Positions 61,492 to 64,000 of a DNA stretch of 64,000 nt are shown here, in pieces. Location: the NCBI GenBank assembly GCA_051362555.1, contig CM120640.1:55840788-55904787 (forward strand). The letters run 5' to 3'. The translations under genes were made by a program, and so were the position numbers. Below the pieces are notes generated by a model. The model searched no databases, was not told the origin of the DNA, and saw only the letters and a list, made by a program, of their open reading frames with translations. The first letter of the stretch is position 1; the number at the start of each line of letters is the position of its first letter. The DNA comes from Lingula anatina. Lineage: Eukaryota; Animalia; Brachiopoda.

Positions 61492-61809
61492 ATGGATTTA
61501 AACCGAACACGTGCTGGACACAGGACTGCCTTCCCAAGTTGGAACGGATGTAAAAGACTGAACGACACCAAATTCACGGCTGAATTCATGTGTTTGCAAT
61601 CTGATATCTTCATTCCTTTTACCAAAACATGGTGCAAAATTATTCCATGGATATTATTGACTCTGGGTATTTTTTTAACTGTGACTTATAGATACGCTCA
61701 AATACCACCGAGAACGATAGAGGTAGTCGGGAAGTTTCCACCCAAGTTTCTGGAAAGAGGTGCCTTACAAAATGGAACTGTATTTGATAATCCTAGTATA
61801 TTTGAGCTG
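61492..61809 (+). CDS. Possible first coding exon of a type II membrane protein
   Basis: A 106-codon frame with one hydrophobic segment (IIPWILLTLGIFLTVTY) and an NGT sequon, ending at a strong phase-0 donor CTG|GTGAGT. No downstream exon was identified in the window. Confidence 0.4.
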
Positions 61810-64000
61810 GTGAGTCTTTGTTTCATTTGTTTCATTCATGTAATTAAGCGTAAGTAAGCGTTTTATATTAACGTAAATGCAGTATTTATGTGGGAATGAC
61901 AATGACGATATGAATGACCTGCACTAAAAATGAAAAGCACTAGTACTGTACATTAGAGCTGTTCCCTGATACAATATTGTATTGCATTTAATGTATATAT
62001 TTATCAACATTATAATGTATATATTTATATATTGTGGTCCAACAACCTCTAATGTATAGTAGCTTACTGGGGTATATATATATATATATATCGAACAGAC
62101 ACAACATGGGGTTGCGCAAGGAGTTCTATCTGAAGCCAAACGTTCACTGAACGTTAACAGTCTGTGAACTCTGGAGAAAGTATCAAGCAATCCAAGTCAT
62201 AAAAATTTCTCAGTGGTCTAGATATTTTTGATAACGTCGACAGTGCACGGCACTGCTCTGTAATTTACTGTCCACAGCATCGGAACATCAGACGGTTTCC
62301 AGACGACCTGTCTGTAACACTCTGTGCCACACGTACTCAACTGAAAGACTTCAAGCAAGAAATAAAACGCCGAAAACATGCTTTTTAATGATTTACGACT
62401 CTAACGCTAAACATGATGATGAAATGTGAGCCTATGACACAAGAGCGTGTTGTTTTAGAGTTATTTTTTCCCAGTTAACTGAAGTAGAAAACGGCCTCGA
62501 GTACTTTGTGATTTTCCATGCGAAAGAATATCCAGAAAATTCACGGAGGTAACCGAATGACGATTTCAAGAATGATCTTACGAGGAAAATACACTTGTGG
62601 TTCTCTTCGATGCGTTAGCAGCCTCAGGAGAATGACTCCTGTATAAAATTCTGAAAAGTTGGGCCTTAACTCATACGCCGACACTAATGCAGTACCTATG
62701 ATAGAACTGTATAAAACAGCTATACTGCACAGTATCAAAACTGAGTGGCGGGCTAAACATCAAGAAGAAATAAAAAGTGCTCAGCATCGGAAACGGCTAT
62801 ATTTAGCATTTTGGAAAGCAAATATCCCACATACATGTATCCCACTTACATGAACTATTCAAATGCCACACTTAAACCTCATATACATAAAACACATTAT
62901 TTTGTGATAAAGATTTCACTATGTCCGAATTAAGTGTCCCTTCACGAGTCAGGATGCAATTAGGTAAGGTGAACTTAAACAAAGGTGCATTGTATTAAGG
63001 TCAGAAGGTCCAGAATGTATATATATAACCACATATTGCATGTATGGATTCTAAAGATAATATAGCATCTTTCTAACACTTCTAACGTATTCTGTGCTTG
63101 ATGTCATCGGCACACAGCATTAAGAGCCTTGGTGTTGAAAAGTTACATGCAGCCCTATTATTTGGATAGTTTAAATCACACCAATATATCATGGTGTGAA
63201 TTTCTTTCATGATTTTGATTACTGTGAAATGTACGGGAAATACATGTTACTAATAACATGGACTTTTTCCGTATTGGCAAGTATAAGCAGGATATATCTT
63301 CTGACCTTCTACATGTACCGTAAACAATTCTAAAATGACCGGAATGTCTTCAAAACAGGGAAATGCTTTTAGTCTCAAAATCGGTTATAAAGAATAGACT
63401 ATTTCCACTGTTGTAGAAACTACCTTGAAACAATGAGTCCATTGGACAGCAGAAATAGAAATAGCTCTTTCCTACTAGTTAGTTCAGTCAGAAGATTTAA
63501 ATGTTTTCCCAAGTGTTTTTGCTCGAAACGCCAGCTGTTAAACCACCTGATTTTCATTTTCTCCCAGTACCACCGTGATCGTTATGCAACTGAATCGCAT
63601 GTTGGGGAGGGTTTTCAGTGTTAAGAAGGAAAAGCTATATCGTGTTCTCGCTTTAACCCTTCACACTCACAGTCACGACAAAGGCACAAATACGTGGGCA
63701 TACAATAACTCTTCCTATTTATCTATCTAGATGGTCTTACGCGAACGGGAAGAAGTAGAGGTAACAGTTCGTTGTGTAGAAAATAAGTGCGTGTGAACAT
63801 TAAATGAAATGGAATTTTAAGTACCTTAAACCAGAAGATTAAATATTTATCAAGTTACAATAAAGACCGATAGAAATTACTTGAGAATTCTCGTAAGTTA
63901 GTTATTTTTTAACACTAAAATTCGATCGTGGAATTTACGAAGCACAAACCGTGCAAACATGTAATCATCAATTCTCAGAAAAATATTTCCATAATAACAA

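Overview
AT-rich, intron-containing genomic DNA from an animal, apparently an invertebrate; the species cannot be determined from the sequence. Genes from left to right: two tandem secreted VWD+C8 paralogs (+); a 6-exon gene for a death-effector-domain (DED) protein (-), head-to-head (about 1.07 kb between ATGs) with a 15-exon TPR-CHAT caspase-like protease gene (+) whose His/Cys dyad is intact; CDC5L (+); two intronless tandem beta-hydroxyacid dehydrogenase paralogs (-); a large orphan ORF (+); and a possible first exon of a membrane protein. Non-coding DNA holds several MITEs with readable target-site duplications (TSDs), a Tc1 relic and many apparent transposon excision footprints. The best candidate for an undescribed system is the divergent DED-protein/TPR-CHAT pair. 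Each gene carries a small exon encoding an acidic Ser/Asp/Glu tract followed by a separase-like (D/E)xxR site, which suggests a linked protease-substrate cell-death or immune module. Gene models were spliced by hand from GT-AG sites and reading frame. Family assignments come from motif recognition, not database searches.
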